Of a stretch of DNA of 64,000 nucleotides, positions 27,110 through 39,877 are shown one piece after another. Within the stretch, counting starts at the first letter, position 1. Each line of letters opens with the position of its first letter. Under the pieces are notes generated by a model that was not told the DNA's origin, did not search any database, and worked only from the letters and a program-made list of their open reading frames with translations. The position numbers were made by a program, and so were the translations under genes. Source of the stretch: Blasia pusilla (taxonomy: Eukaryota); assembly GCA_050084515.1 (NCBI GenBank), contig CM114271.1, positions 49,786,001 through 49,850,000 of the forward strand, in the 5' to 3' direction.

Positions 27110-27260
27110 CACCTCCACTCCCTCCCCCATTATTTTCCCGTCGGCCCTGCCCTTGCCTTCTACCATGAGCTATAAGTGTGGGCCTATGGGCCCCACCTAT
27201 TTTAATTCATGTTGGTTGACATGTCCACACTTATCTGTCCATGTCCGCCCTAGGGACGAA
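27110..27260. repeat. Dispersed repeat, inverted copy of ~13020-13140
   Basis: gcccttgccttctaccatgagctataagtgtggg aligns with the reverse complement of tctacacttatagttcatgatgaaaggtagggcaagggc at ~13070-13110. Confidence 0.6.
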
Positions 27261-30105
27261 CTTGTTTATTTTTGTACAACAATGTGGCTTGGTGGTTGGA
27301 GGCTTCTTGCAGATTATGACGCAAGTCTTGATGCCCCAAATGCATCTTGGAGCTTAGATTTGCGTTTCATGGTTCTCATTAATTGCTAGTGCCCATCTTG
27401 ACTCTTTGTTTAGCATCACATAGTGATCTTGTAGCCCTTTGCATTTTGTGACTAGTCTTGTGGCATCTCATCCATCTTGACTACTTAGGTGTTCCTTGCT
27501 TTGCGCTCTTGACTTGGTGTTTGGCTCAAGGTTTCAAATCTTGCTTGCCTTGCATTTGTCACTACTAGTTTTCGTGACCCTCATAACCAAACATACCAAA
27601 TAGGCGCCGAGCAGAACATTAGAACTCAAGTGGACTCACGCTGCGATGATCGCGCTCTGGAGAGCCTTTTGGAAAGTCTCTTGGAAAAGTCCAAGAGACG
27701 AAACGCGGAACAGAGTTGTGTGTTTCATGCATTAGTGGTCACAACCAGGAAACCTAGACCAAACGCGAACCAAGACTTGAGATGAGTTGAGTCTTGGAAG
27801 GTTGGTTGCCAAAGAGGTGAGAACCAGTTTTGGAACACAACTAGCTTTTGGGAAAGTTGATTGTGTTTTGGACCATAACGTTTATCCCCAAGAGGCATTT
27901 GGGACAAGTAAGGGCGATTTGGAAAGCTTATTTTGAGACGCTTTCAACGTATCAAAGATCTGAGAAAATGCATGAGTACAAGCTAAGATATTGGAAAAAA
28001 ATGACTGTGAGAGCAATCGGGTTGAGGGCCAATTTAAGGGGGCCGTCTGTCTTTCCCTAAAGTTAGGGGGATCCCGGAGATCCCCAGAAGTACTAGTAAA
28101 GGGGAGGCATTCCAAGATGTCTTGGAACATGAACCCCACTTTGAGTACCAAACAACGTCCCAAGGGCACGGGATGGAACAGGAGTTTGGCATTGGAACTC
28201 AAAACCCAAACCTGAACCAAGGGAGTGGACTTTATATGGCACACTTGGATTCTGACTCGTGATTCATTTTTTGTGAGTCTCCGTTAGGGACAATTGATGT
28301 ACATTGGACAGTTGGAACCGCCAGGCGCGAAACGATGTTTGAGGTTCCTGAACAAACCAGAAAGTATGTCCCAAGTCTTTCGAGACTTGCCTGTATTGTA
28401 AACCGCGAAACTAGGAAGGTCGAGCTTAATGAGAGACCGAGACGAGATTTAGGAAAGTTAGCCCGTTGATTGATCCAGACCTGACTAACCAGGGTGCGTG
28501 TTTGGATGCAGATCAGCGTTGAGAGCGTGACCTATTGAACGCACGCTTCCGCAACAACAAAGATTACGTTCAATGAGAGTAGGCACACGACACTAGTTGT
28601 TAAGTCCCTTTCTCACCTAAGGCCAGTTACAAAACATGTATGCATCTTACCTTGCGTTAGTCGTTCAGCTGGTTTGATCACCCTTCCTTGTCTTTCGACT
28701 AGCTAGTCTAGGTTTGGACTTTGATGACATGGGTAACACCAAGGTCTTCCCTCCTTGGACATGCGATCATCACTCGCTTCCCGAAGCCCGACACACTAGC
28801 GTGGGCGCCATAGACTTAAATACTTGCGATGATTTGAGTCCATTGTATCTTTCAACATTCTTAGATTTCAATTCTCTATCTTTAACTTTGCTGTCCCAAG
28901 ATCAATTATACTTATTTTCATATAGAACGGATAATAGGAGTTTAATACACATCTGCACTACTAAAATAGAATGACTATGCAACTAAAGGACAAAATTGTC
29001 AACAATCAGGGATTAACGATAAGAAATAGTTCGGTCATGCATTCCATTTTAAAGGGAATTAATTTTTCATGAAAGTGGAAAATTAATGGAGTCACATTAA
29101 TTTACTATTAACGGAAATAGTACGAATCTATAATAACTTCTGCTAATTGTGTACCACACTTAGAATAATATGAGAAGTAAGAAAAAACATTCCCAAACTG
29201 TTACCGTTATCAACTTTTCTTCAAAAAATTGATATTTTTCCGAAATTTTCGAAGTTCACTGAATAATCCAGGTCGGCTAAGTGACACAAAATAAAAGGAT
29301 CTCATATTTCCAATGAGATTTTGATAAGAATTTAAATAAAAAGTGAAAGCGGAAATTTGAGATTTAAGTTTTGAATGAACCAAGTCAACACGTAAACCGC
29401 ATACGAGGATCAAGGATCTCCTATGTGGAGAACGGCCGCCGCATGAGTGGCCCCACCCAATGACTTCGAGACGGCAGTAGATACTTCATACTTCCCGGCT
29501 ATCCTGCCGACCCACGCACCGTCGGATAGAAAACAGGTGTGCGGAGGTGAATGGTGAATGAAAAGTACGGCGCTGTACCGACTACGGAGAAAGGGCCAGC
29601 GAGAAGTGGCTGGGACTCTTGGAGCGCAGTAAGTTCCGGACATGCACTTTTCCAAGTCCGGAGTCCGGACGCAGGATCGTTCGCAGCTTTCTCGTCCGCT
29701 CCACTTCGCGACAGCGTGAAACTCAGGTCAGGCTGCCGCTGAACCCAAGCTTTCAACTGGACTCTGGATTCCCGTGGTACTGGGTCTCGTAACTCCGCGG
29801 CATGTCGAGACTCGGGGCATGCGCGGTGGACCCACAGCGCCTCATACATATATATATGCGTTAGACCCCCACGGCGGACTCAGACATCAACTGCAAGAAT
29901 CGCAACGACTGTTTGTTGCTCGCGCGCTCGCTGTCCGCTCTAAATCTCTTCGCGCGTATCTGTGCCTTATTGTATCGCGACCTCCGGAACTCGACTTCCT
30001 ACCCCTCGGCGGATGGTTGCGAGATCAGTTGCGACAGTGTGACTACGATTTCGTTTGTGTAGACTTCGAATTACACAGCAGTCGCGGCTAGAGGAGTTCA
30101 GAGCA

Positions 30106-30783
30106 ATGGCTCTCTTGCAGTCCAGATCCGTCCAGGAATTATGTGGTCTCACCCGGAACCTGTCAGACTCATCTTTCTTCGACAAAGCTTGGTATTTTTC
30201 ATCGGGTGTAGTGACCTATAGCAAGCCCGTGGAATCGGAGAAGCTCATGACGCGTGACGGTGCGGGGTCCGCGAATCGAGAAGAGGAGAGTCCAGCTCTG
30301 AGGTCACTGAGATCTGATCCTGAGGAGATGAGGAGAGTTTTCCAAAAGTTTGACGAGAATACTGACGATGTAATCTGCACCAAAGATCTGCAGGGATTTA
30401 TGAGGCGCTTGGGTTTCGAGATGTCTGATGGGGAAGCTGCCGCCATGCTAGAAAGTGTGGATCACAACGGCGATGGAAAAGTAGATTTTGACGAGTTCTT
30501 CTCTCTCTACATGCCTGTAGACGATCCGAGCCCGGACGCGGACGTGGAAGACGAAAGTCTGATGGAAGCTTTCGGAGTGTTCGATCAGAACCAGGACGGC
30601 TTCATAACTGCGCAGGAGCTCCAAACAGTTTTACTCAATCTGGATTTGGCAGAAGGAAAATGCCTGAAGGCGTGTCAGAAAATGATAGACAGTGTGGACG
30701 TCGACGGCAACGGAGAGATCGATATTAACGAATTCAAGGAAATGATGAGCTCCAGATGTGTCTTCAATCGCTCTCAGAATTGA
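30106..30783 (+). CDS. CML: Calmodulin-like (CML) protein with four EF-hand positions and an N-terminal extension, 225 aa, intronless (paralog A)
   Basis: EF loops DENTDDVICTKD (degenerate), DHNGDGKVDFDE, DQNQDGFITAQE, DVDGNGEIDINE. ATG in gcaATGGC context at 30106; TATA-like run at ~29848. Confidence 0.93.
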   Translation: MALLQSRSVQELCGLTRNLSDSSFFDKAWYFSSGVVTYSKPVESEKLMTRDGAGSANREEESPALRSLRSDPEEMRRVFQKFDENTDDVICTKDLQGFMRRLGFEMSDGEAAAMLESVDHNGDGKVDFDEFFSLYMPVDDPSPDADVEDESLMEAFGVFDQNQDGFITAQELQTVLLNLDLAEGKCLKACQKMIDSVDVDGNGEIDINEFKEMMSSRCVFNRSQN

Positions 30784-32952
30784 AAAGATTCTTGACAATT
30801 TCTGCAACGATTTCTCGATCGAAGCCAGTGAGTGTCCTCCGAAACCGCTTTAGCTTCGACTCTACGTCAAGGTTTCGCGTACAGTGAGCAGAAAAAAATC
30901 GTGACAACAACAACCACAACCGATTCCCACGCCCGCTTCCAGTCCAAGCAGGCTGCTTCTAGTGCACACCAACCAGAAAGAGCATCCTTGCGCACAATTT
31001 CAAAATCAAAAGCTCTTAAAACAATCTTCAGGAACCTCTATCCAGTTCCCAGTACAACCAAGCACCATCATTCTAGGCCACGCGGCCTTCGGTGCTAAAC
31101 GCTGTCCAAGGCAAGACTCAAATGTGGCCATTGTTCAAAAATATGTCCAGGCTCTTAGAACACTCAGTCGAATTCTTTTGGAAAAGCTTTGCGGATATTT
31201 GATTTCTGAGTGTAAAAATTCTTGAGCGAGCACCAATTATTGACTCGCAGATTAAAATTTTCCAAATTGTAAAGTTAAATAAATTCCAGAACTCCGAGAG
31301 ATGTGACATGTAGCTAGATATGTTCGATTGACGAATGATTAAAAGTACTGGCGGTATTCGCGCCTGGTTCTAATCGTGTGTCATAGTCGGCTTTAGTTTG
31401 CAACCATATAAATATCTTATCATCTGTAGGCGAGTGAAAGTGGGAAATAGTATGTACGAGTACTAGGAAGTGGCCAAAAGCATTTGAAGGAATGATGATT
31501 GGGCACAAAAAAATTCTTTCCGTCAAAGGTGGAGGTGTTTGCAAAATTAATAAGACTTTTTAAAATAATAACATAAATTAGTTGGATTGAAAATAATATG
31601 TAATTTTGAATAATCTTTCAAAAATGTACAATTTAATTTGAATGATCCTACTGATTGAAGGAGATGTGATCTCAAAATCAGAATTTTCTGATAATAATAT
31701 AAATAATGTGAATGTCAAAATTGATTTGTTAAGAGGATTGGGAAAAACAGAGAGGAGATATTTTGGGTTGGGGGAACATTTATTTTCCCACCATAAAATA
31801 TTAGAAGAGGGATAAAAAATTTGTTCTTATTATGGACCCCCAATTGATTTGGAGTTATCTTTTTGCTTTACATCCCACCTATCTCATCATAAACTTTGCA
31901 TCATTGATCTTGAATCTTGTCTATGCTTTTTGGCTTCTATTTTTGTAGTACAACAAGTTGTGTGGTAAATTTCAAGTGGGTCATGGCGTGTTTTTATAAA
32001 TTTCAAGTGGATCATGTCATGTTTTTGTATTTATAAAGAATGATTTCTGCAAGAAAAGAAAGAAAGAAAAGGTGGATTCTAAACCTACTTATGGGGAATA
32101 AGGAAGGTCGCGCAACTCTTCTTTGAGGGTTAGGGCTAATTCACTATGGTTGGTTTAGAACTCACATTAGCATAGAGGATTAGTACATGAAGGAGTATGT
32201 GCCTTTGACTTTGAGGAACTTCAACATATTGTTGTTGAGCTTTCAGGAGGAAAATCCTTCATTGCAATATTCCGATCCAAAAAAATTGATATGTCATCCA
32301 GATTCAAATTTTGACAAATAGAGTATCCAAAGAAAACTTACTTCTCCAGTTTGGAAAGATATGAGCACCTAAATGTTTTTGTGTTTCTTCTTCGTGAACT
32401 CAGGAGTATGTATTATAAATCAAAATAGATCCTTTGGAGAGGATGCAAAGAGAGAGACGTATTGGCTAGCGAAACTAAAAGAGGATTTTAATTTGTTGAA
32501 GGGTTCATATAGAATTATTTGTATAGTGTTCATAAATGGCCTTGTTCTAAGTTGTTCATTAACAATACCAACTATGCAATCATAATATGAATACAACTTA
32601 TGTTAACTCTCTTCATATTGAGGGGGGAGGCATGGAAGGGAATGTTTGAAGGGTAAAATTTTCTCATCAACTTCTCATGTTAATATGTTGAAGAATATAA
32701 AGTATTTAAGGGTATTTGAATCTAATGAAATTCAAAATTCACTACCAATTGGTTTTTTCACTTATGAACACGATTAGAACTACTACACCTAATGTGGTAT
32801 GTTGATAGGAAAGAGGCATGAATATCTGTAGATAGGTTTGATGATGTTCTTCATGACGAAGAATACGCACCACATTTCCACACTCATTTTGGGAAAAATA
32901 CGACGGATGAAATATAAAGGAAAAGGAAGAGTATATAGTATATACTATTTAT

Positions 32953-34006
32953 TATTGAAGACTAAGTTATAATCAAGCTCATCGGACACCCGAATTGGTA
33001 AATTTAGTGCTCACACGAAGTAAAAAAGTTTAATAATCTTGGTTAGTTAGTTAAACATGATTATCTTAACTAGGGTTAGTTAAGACTAACACATAAATTA
33101 ATCAAAGTGGCTTTCTATGATATTAGAGGATAGGGTTTTCAACTAACCAATATACTAATCAATCAAATTTTGAATTATATTCTTGCTTTAAAATATCTGA
33201 AGAGAAAAGCTTACTTCCTTGCTTGGAGATATAGGGAAAATAGTCATGATTGGATGAATGGGGGTGAGCAAGTAGCTTTTCCCATGATTCCAAGGTTTCT
33301 TGATTTATCAAATGCAACCAAAAGTCACAGAACTGTGGATTGGAACATGTGGGACAAAGATTCATGTACGTCCAAGAGGCTTCTCATATCTCCACTGTGA
33401 TGAAGCCTATTTAAGGCGAACCATGGTATATATGTCTCAAGTTGCACACAATTATTTCATACCACCCCCTAGTTTGATGAATTAGACAAAATACCCTCCA
33501 TAGAAGATTAATATCTAACCTTTCCTTTTCATGTACACATAGATTAATTATGTATATAGCATATTGCATATATGCTTACTTTCCTACCATCTCTTGATCT
33601 TCTATTTTTTCAACTCTCAAGTACATCTCCTAGAGATCTATCCATGACTCCACATGCTTTATCCTCTTCATTATCAATAACTTATCACCTCCTTGTAGAA
33701 AATTGCTAAAGAATCATAACTGGCGGCAATTGACTTGCACACTCACACACCATCATGGAATACAAAATTTTTCAATGAGAGAATAAGTGGATTCTGGTCC
33801 CCTTCTCAATTATATAGGATATGTACAAGTAACCGTAATCTTAATCTTAACCATAGTCTCGAGTTAGACAAACTGTGATTAACTAACTATAGTTAAGATA
33901 ATCGCGCTTAACTGACTAACTAATATTAAGCATCCCTACTTTGTGTGAGTATCAAATGTAGTAGTTCATGTGTCTGATGAGCTTGACTGTAACACAATCT
34001 TCAATA
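32953..34006. mobile_element. Non-autonomous TIR DNA transposon (~1.05 kb) with ~135-bp imperfect terminal inverted repeats
   Basis: tattgaagactaagttataatcaagctcatcggacac...gattatcttaactagggttagttaa (32953-33083) aligns with the reverse complement of ~33878-34006. No internal ORF and no obvious TSD. Confidence 0.7.
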
Positions 34007-37000
34007 CTCCTTGGGGTAGACAACTAGATCTTTTAATGTCTTAAAATCATGTTTCGCCTCATATTGTGGTACGGTTACCATAATGCTTCGTCCAAGAGAT
34101 TACATGCATATTCTTGAGTATTGTGATTATTCATTGGTTTTCACCCTACATATCTCCCATGGAAATGTGTTTGGCTTTTCGGCATAAGCTATTTTCCTTC
34201 TCATCCTTATAACTACCAAGTCTGCATTTAGCTTCCAAGAAATGTCCATCCATTGCATGAAGATCCACCAAAGGATTCAATATTGGCCATTGGTTTCCAT
34301 CAGTGCTCGGCAAGGATTTTGACGCATACCGGTACTTTTCCGAGAGAAAGATCAAGGTAATCGGCAATTTCACCATGGTAGCCGGTTTTTTTAAAATTTA
34401 ACAAAGAAAATCTACTTTCCACGTCGGAAAATTTCCTAAAGTTTCAGACTTGAATCGGAAATCACTCATTCTCAACTGGCTGCTTTTACAAAGAATGCCG
34501 GTTCTTTCCGAGCATTGGTTTCCATTTTCAAGGTTCTTGTGATGTTTGGCTTAGGGTTGATTCAATTATTATCTTCCAAGTGATATCTCCAAAAAGAAAC
34601 TCTTCAACTTCTAGATCATCACGAAGTTCTCCACAAATATTCTTACAAAAAGGATCTCCCCACACCTTACCAAAAGCCAATTTTTTTTATCATAATCTTA
34701 TTAAGAATTTCCTCTTTCACATCTTTCCCAAAAATTTTCATCCCATCTTGGCAAGTGAGAAGCTTGAACTGTTTGTTGGTTCATGCATATTTTTTTGCGC
34801 TTGAAGTCATAGCATACTAGATATTTGGACGGAATTTAGACTTGAAATTAGGTTAAAATTCTTGAACATGTAAGTGATTTGCATATTAGGTTCTTGGTTC
34901 CACACTATGAAATTGCAAATCCATTTCTATTGACTAAAAGATATATGTGGATGAAATAGGTTGAGGAGAAAATAGCAAATATAGCTGCCAAAAGTATGCA
35001 TAACTATGAAGTAGCCCCCATAAAAAAAAGCCACAAGTAGCCATCACATTTGGATATAGCCATGGAGATATCTTCAACTATGCTTGGAATGGTCTTACAT
35101 TTGCATATACATCAATTTACCAAGTAGAGTTGCAATATGATAATATGAAATACCAATTTAGGAAACTACTAGACTTGTAATATTTAAGCATGAAATAAGC
35201 TAGGAAATAAGCACCACCATATTGTACAAGCCTTGGAACATGCCCCATATAGCAACCAATTTCAAGAAAAATATGATATGGTTGAGACTATTCATACACC
35301 TTGAAAACTATCTGCAACCTAGACAAAATTATTTTTTGAAAAATTAATGTATCCTCTTCCAAACTAAATCCTCATAAGCTAGATTTTTTTTCTTGAAAGT
35401 GGACTCCTTCCACTATTCAAATACAATCCTAGTTTTTGCACTTCATGGTGATGGGATATAAGTTCTATCACACTTTTCTCTTGTTCATTGATCAATAATT
35501 ATGTCAAGTTCCAAAATCGGACAATAATACTTGCTCAATTCTCCAAGGATGTTGTTGAGGCCAAACTTTGCACTCAATGTCCTTTCTTGGGTTAAACAAT
35601 CACCTTTATCCATGCCAATCTCATTGCTATATATTTTGGGTCAACAATGATTTGTATGTAATCTATCATATTGATAAGGGTTCCACACATATAAAATCCG
35701 TGTCCGCGGACTTATGTCCATTCTAGGGATGGACAGGTGTGCGAGATCCTCGCACTGCATCCCTCCTACAATCCCAACTCGCATCCTAAACGCGCCCTAC
35801 TCCCACCTTGCTCGCATCCCTCCCACACCCCGTTGGTGTTTGATCCTTGAGTTGCGAGAACGAGTGCGGAATGGCATGTTCATTGATAAATCTATTTCTC
35901 TTCAACCCGACATTCATCAAAAGATGCCTTCTCGCCATGATGAGCTCATTGAATGACATGCGACAAGAGGCTTCAAAATAAATCAAATCTCTTGGATTAT
36001 TTTATCCTATACTAAGCTCCATAATCTCAAGTCTTTTGAATTTATTTCTATCTTATACTTAGTCTTAGCTTAAGAAATAGAATGAGGAGAAAATTTTAAC
36101 AAGAAGGTTAATTTTAATTTTAAAAAATAAATTAATTTTCGGATAAATTTTTTTTTTTGAAAATCTCCCTAATGTTCTTTACTATTTTCAAATCAAGTAA
36201 TTTAAAAAAAGTTTTAGAAATACAAAATTCCATAAAAAGAAAAAATTGGTAAGGAGGAGTTAGTAAATATCATCTATTTTAATAAGAAAATATTTCTGTT
36301 TTATATAAAAATTCCAGCTTTTATGAGATGTTCCAAAATTTCCATAATATTTGTTACTCTTCTTATATTATAAAAAAATTTCAAATTTAAAGTCTAAAAT
36401 AGAAAATAGTATGAAATTTAAAATTTAATAAGGAGGACTGAGTTTTTATATCAAATTATAATTAATTTATTTTTTCAAAAAGTGTCCTTATTCATCATCT
36501 CTTTTCATTTTAAAAATATTTGCTTAAAGCTCACATATAAAAGAAATTTTTTTAAAATTAACTTTAGTTTGGATGGAAAATCAAGTAAGAGTACGTGAAA
36601 AGAATGAAAAAAGATAATAAGATAGTTATGGGACAAGAATAATTTTTCAAATGATGAAAGTGTTTCCCTTCATTCCTTATTTTCATTTTTCAAGTTGGTT
36701 GCAAGGAAAGTTTAAATTATATTTTTGAGAAAAAATTGATAAAAAGTAAGTGATTTTATTTTCTTAGTTGAGAGATGAGGATTGAAAATGAAAAGATAAT
36801 ATATTTTTTACCCAATGCATTAAAAAAACCGTGTTTTTCAAAGCAAAGGTAAAGATTAATTATCATGAATCTTCAAACATAAATATGCCCTTCTTACATA
36901 TAAATATTAAAAAAGTTAATATGTGCATTGCGATAAAGGGAAATCTCATCTCAAAAATAACATAAATCTCTACTAACACAAGCTCGACCTAGTCCCTACT

Positions 37001-37745
37001 CTTTATAGTTAGGAGAGCGGCCTTTCATCAGTAACGTTTAAAATTTAATTATGTGAAAGAGTTACGACCTTGACAAATTCTCCTTGTTTTAGGGTCTTAC
37101 CATCTAATCTTTCCACATGTCTTACACACATGTTTGATAGGTATTTTCTCTCCAGCCCTCTCAAAAGTGACCCACTAATCTATACTATAATGCGAGGAAG
37201 GGGGGCTTACCTCTTTTGGAAAAATAAATGGTTATTTTTTTTCCCAAAGAAGTGAAGCCTTCCATAAGCAATCGTCTTGAAATGGCAGCTTTGAAGAAAA
37301 AGTTTTAAAAAAAAAACCAAATCTATGGGAAAGTTCGGAGGGGATGTTATTTCACGAAAGAGTTAAAATTTTTAGACGACCTTGTATTTGTTTAGACAAC
37401 CTTTTATTTGGAGGGGTCCTATTTTACGAAGATTTTATTTGATCACACCCTTTCGAACTAACGAGCCGTAATATGACACCTGGTAGCTCACTAGACGAGT
37501 AGAGAAATTTAGAATGGCCCATAAACTAAGCGCTCTCTCTAAGTTGGAGCAGTCATCACACTATCCCACACAGAGGACCTGAACGTGACACAGGAGGTGG
37601 TGAAAAGGCAAAGTGGTGATTCGCGGCAAAGGGGCGAAGGGAATTTCAAGGTTTCTATCAAGTACTTCGAGGTACAGCTCCGCTCTCTCGTTCTCTCGAC
37701 TCTCAGATATTATCTCATGTTTCTCTCTCTTTCTGTATGCGGGCA

Positions 37746-38607
37746 TTCATAGTCGGCGAAACCCATACTCAAGAGTTCCACTGGAATTCAGGTCGACCTG
37801 AATTTTTCATTCGATCGCTCCTGTTTGGTCTTCGATCGCTGTCATTCTTTTTCTTCTCCAATCGAATCACATTGAATACCATAGTTCCAACCGCTTTTCT
37901 GTAGGAACAATTCCTTTGTAATTTGTGAACAGCGTTTTCGCCAGGCTACGCCTGATAGATTCCCCTGACCCAGAGACAATCTCTTCGATCGTAGATCGAC
38001 CGAGCGTTCATAGTCGGCGAAACCCATACTCAAGAGTTCCACTGGAATTCAGGTCGACCTGAATTTTTCAGCAGCATCGCTCCTGTTTGGTCTTCGATCG
38101 CTGTCATTCTTTTTCTTCTCCAATCGAATCACATTGAACACCATAGTTCCAACCGCTTTTCCGTAGGAACAATTCCTTTGTAATTTGTGAGCAGCGTTTT
38201 CGCCAGGCTACGCCTGATAGATTCCCCTGACCCAGAGACAATCTCTTCGATCGTAGATCGACAGAGCGTTCAGAAGCGGATGGTGTCCGGTTTTAGTGGA
38301 AAGGAAAACTTTGCGCATACTCAAGAGTTCCACTGGAATTCAGGTCGACCTGAATTTTTCATTCGCATCGCTCTTGTTTGGTCTTCGATCGCTGTCATTC
38401 TTTTTCTTCTCCAATCGAATCACATTGAACACCATAGTTCCAACCGCTTTTCCGTAGGAACAATTCCTTTGTAATTTGTGAGCAGCGTTTTCGCCAGGCT
38501 ACGCCTGATAGATTCTCCTGACCCAGAGATAATCTCTTCGATCGTAGAACGACCGAGCGTTCAGAAGCGGATGGTGTCAGGTTTTAGTGGAAAGGAAAAC
38601 TTTGCGC
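37746..38607 (+). repeat. Three near-identical tandem copies (periods 261 and 291 bp) inside the Helitron
   Basis: catactcaagagttccactggaattcaggtcgacctgaatttttc begins at 37764, 38025 and 38316, with downstream sequence also repeated. Confidence 0.93.
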
Positions 38608-38942
38608 GTAGACGAGATTGGTTACGCTTTGTCTCTTGGTTGAATTCTTCGAGGGCAGGCTTGGTTTTGGTTGTTATTGGGCCACCGGGAAACTCTTTTC
38701 CAAAAAATTTTGCGACTAGGCCCACTTACTAGACTTTCAGCTGTACATATACATAGCTGTAGTTTCCTTTCTTAGAAGATCGCAGTTGGAATATTTCCAG
38801 TGCTTGAAACGTAGATTTGAGAACCTTGACAGTGAAACCCGCTCGATACCATCAGCTGTCTCCCACCAACAGATTGCTAGCAAGAGTCCGGATTGGCTGA
38901 TTGCATTCTTTAATTGAATCTGAAGTTGCGGATCTCCGCCAC

Positions 38943-39145
38943 ATGGGGAACACGGTAATCGGAGCTCAAAAGGTGCAAGTATTGCAAATCAATGGGAAGA
39001 TCCTGGAGTTTGATCAGCCAATGGTGGTGGCAAAACTGATGCGACGGCACCGACATCACTTTTTTGTGCGCTTCCGCGCCATGACCCGACAATCCATCAA
39101 AAAGCGGAGTCGAGCTGCGCTACTCTTGCCACACAGTGTTCTAGC
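38943..39145 (+). pseudogene. Captured gene fragment resembling the N-terminus of PADRE/DUF4228 proteins
   Basis: MGNTVIGAQKVQVLQINGKILEFDQPMVVAKLMRRHRHHFFV...LLLPHSVL resembles the MGN..KV...DG.V.E...P..V..L....P.H pattern of DUF4228. Similarity stops at the hairpin. Confidence 0.55.
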
Positions 39146-39158
39146 CGGACTCGCTGTT

Positions 39159-39244
39159 GAATTATGGACGGAGAGGTCTACAAAGACGAGGAAGAGGGGG
39201 TTACCTCTTATGTCGGTCTTTGTAGACCTCTCCGTCTGTAATTC
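39159..39244 (+). other. Pre-miRNA-like stem-loop
   Basis: 29-bp arms gaattatggacggagaggtctacaaagac and gtctttgtagacctctccgtctgtaattc, fully paired on + strand RNA with two G:U pairs; inner stem aagagg/cctctt. Confidence 0.6.
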
Positions 39245-39664
39245 GAAGTGCTCGAAGTGCTCGCCGTTATCCAGTCTCATGAGTCGACGTTTCATGAGAT
39301 TGGATCCTATCTTTCGTTCAGTGATTGTGAGACTGGGTGGGAGGCGAGATGTGGTTGGACCTGATCGAGATTCCAACATTGTACGCCAGCCAGCCTTAGA
39401 ATTCTCTTTTTCTTGACCTTCTCCAATCCCACTACCGAGGAATCCTTTGTTGCTGACAGCGTCGTGTGCAAGAACACCATATCACGTGAGCTGCAGCCCC
39501 GCTCGAGGAAAGCGCACATCCAAAGCCCCACGAACTAATAGTGAGAAATACGGTCACTATCTGAGTAACTGAAATTCCTAACACAGAAACTCTTTTGTAC
39601 TTCTCAGTGGATGGCACACGTTTACTTTGATTATTGGAATCTGAGGAAACCACCATCACTTGCA

Positions 39665-39877
39665 GAATTGTCACTTGCAGAATTGGTGCTACACGAGCAA
39701 TCGTGACAGAGCCAGACTCAATGTGCGCATGCCCTCACAGGACGGCGGAAATGGGCTGAGTATTCCCTCTAATTGGTGGAGAATTGTCACCTGCAGAATT
39801 GGTGCTATACGAGCAATCGTGACAGAGCCAGACTCAATGTGCGCATGCCCTCACAGGACGGCGGAAATGGGCTGAGT
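39665..39877 (+). repeat. Direct duplication of ~97 bp (period 116)
   Basis: gaattgtcac(t/c)tgcagaattggtgcta...gggctgagta at 39665 and 39781. Confidence 0.9.

Noticed and set aside
27560-28631. LTR-like composition ending in GTTACA
   Set aside because: No partner LTR, TSD or coding domain found.
30055-30105. Longer N-termini in the ORF track for the CML genes and COV1
   Set aside because: Those starts are non-ATG codons; paralog similarity begins at the first ATG.
37746-38607. Palindrome-containing repeats as a CRISPR-like array
   Set aside because: The sequence between palindromes is itself repeated rather than unique spacers; eukaryotic context with no cas genes.
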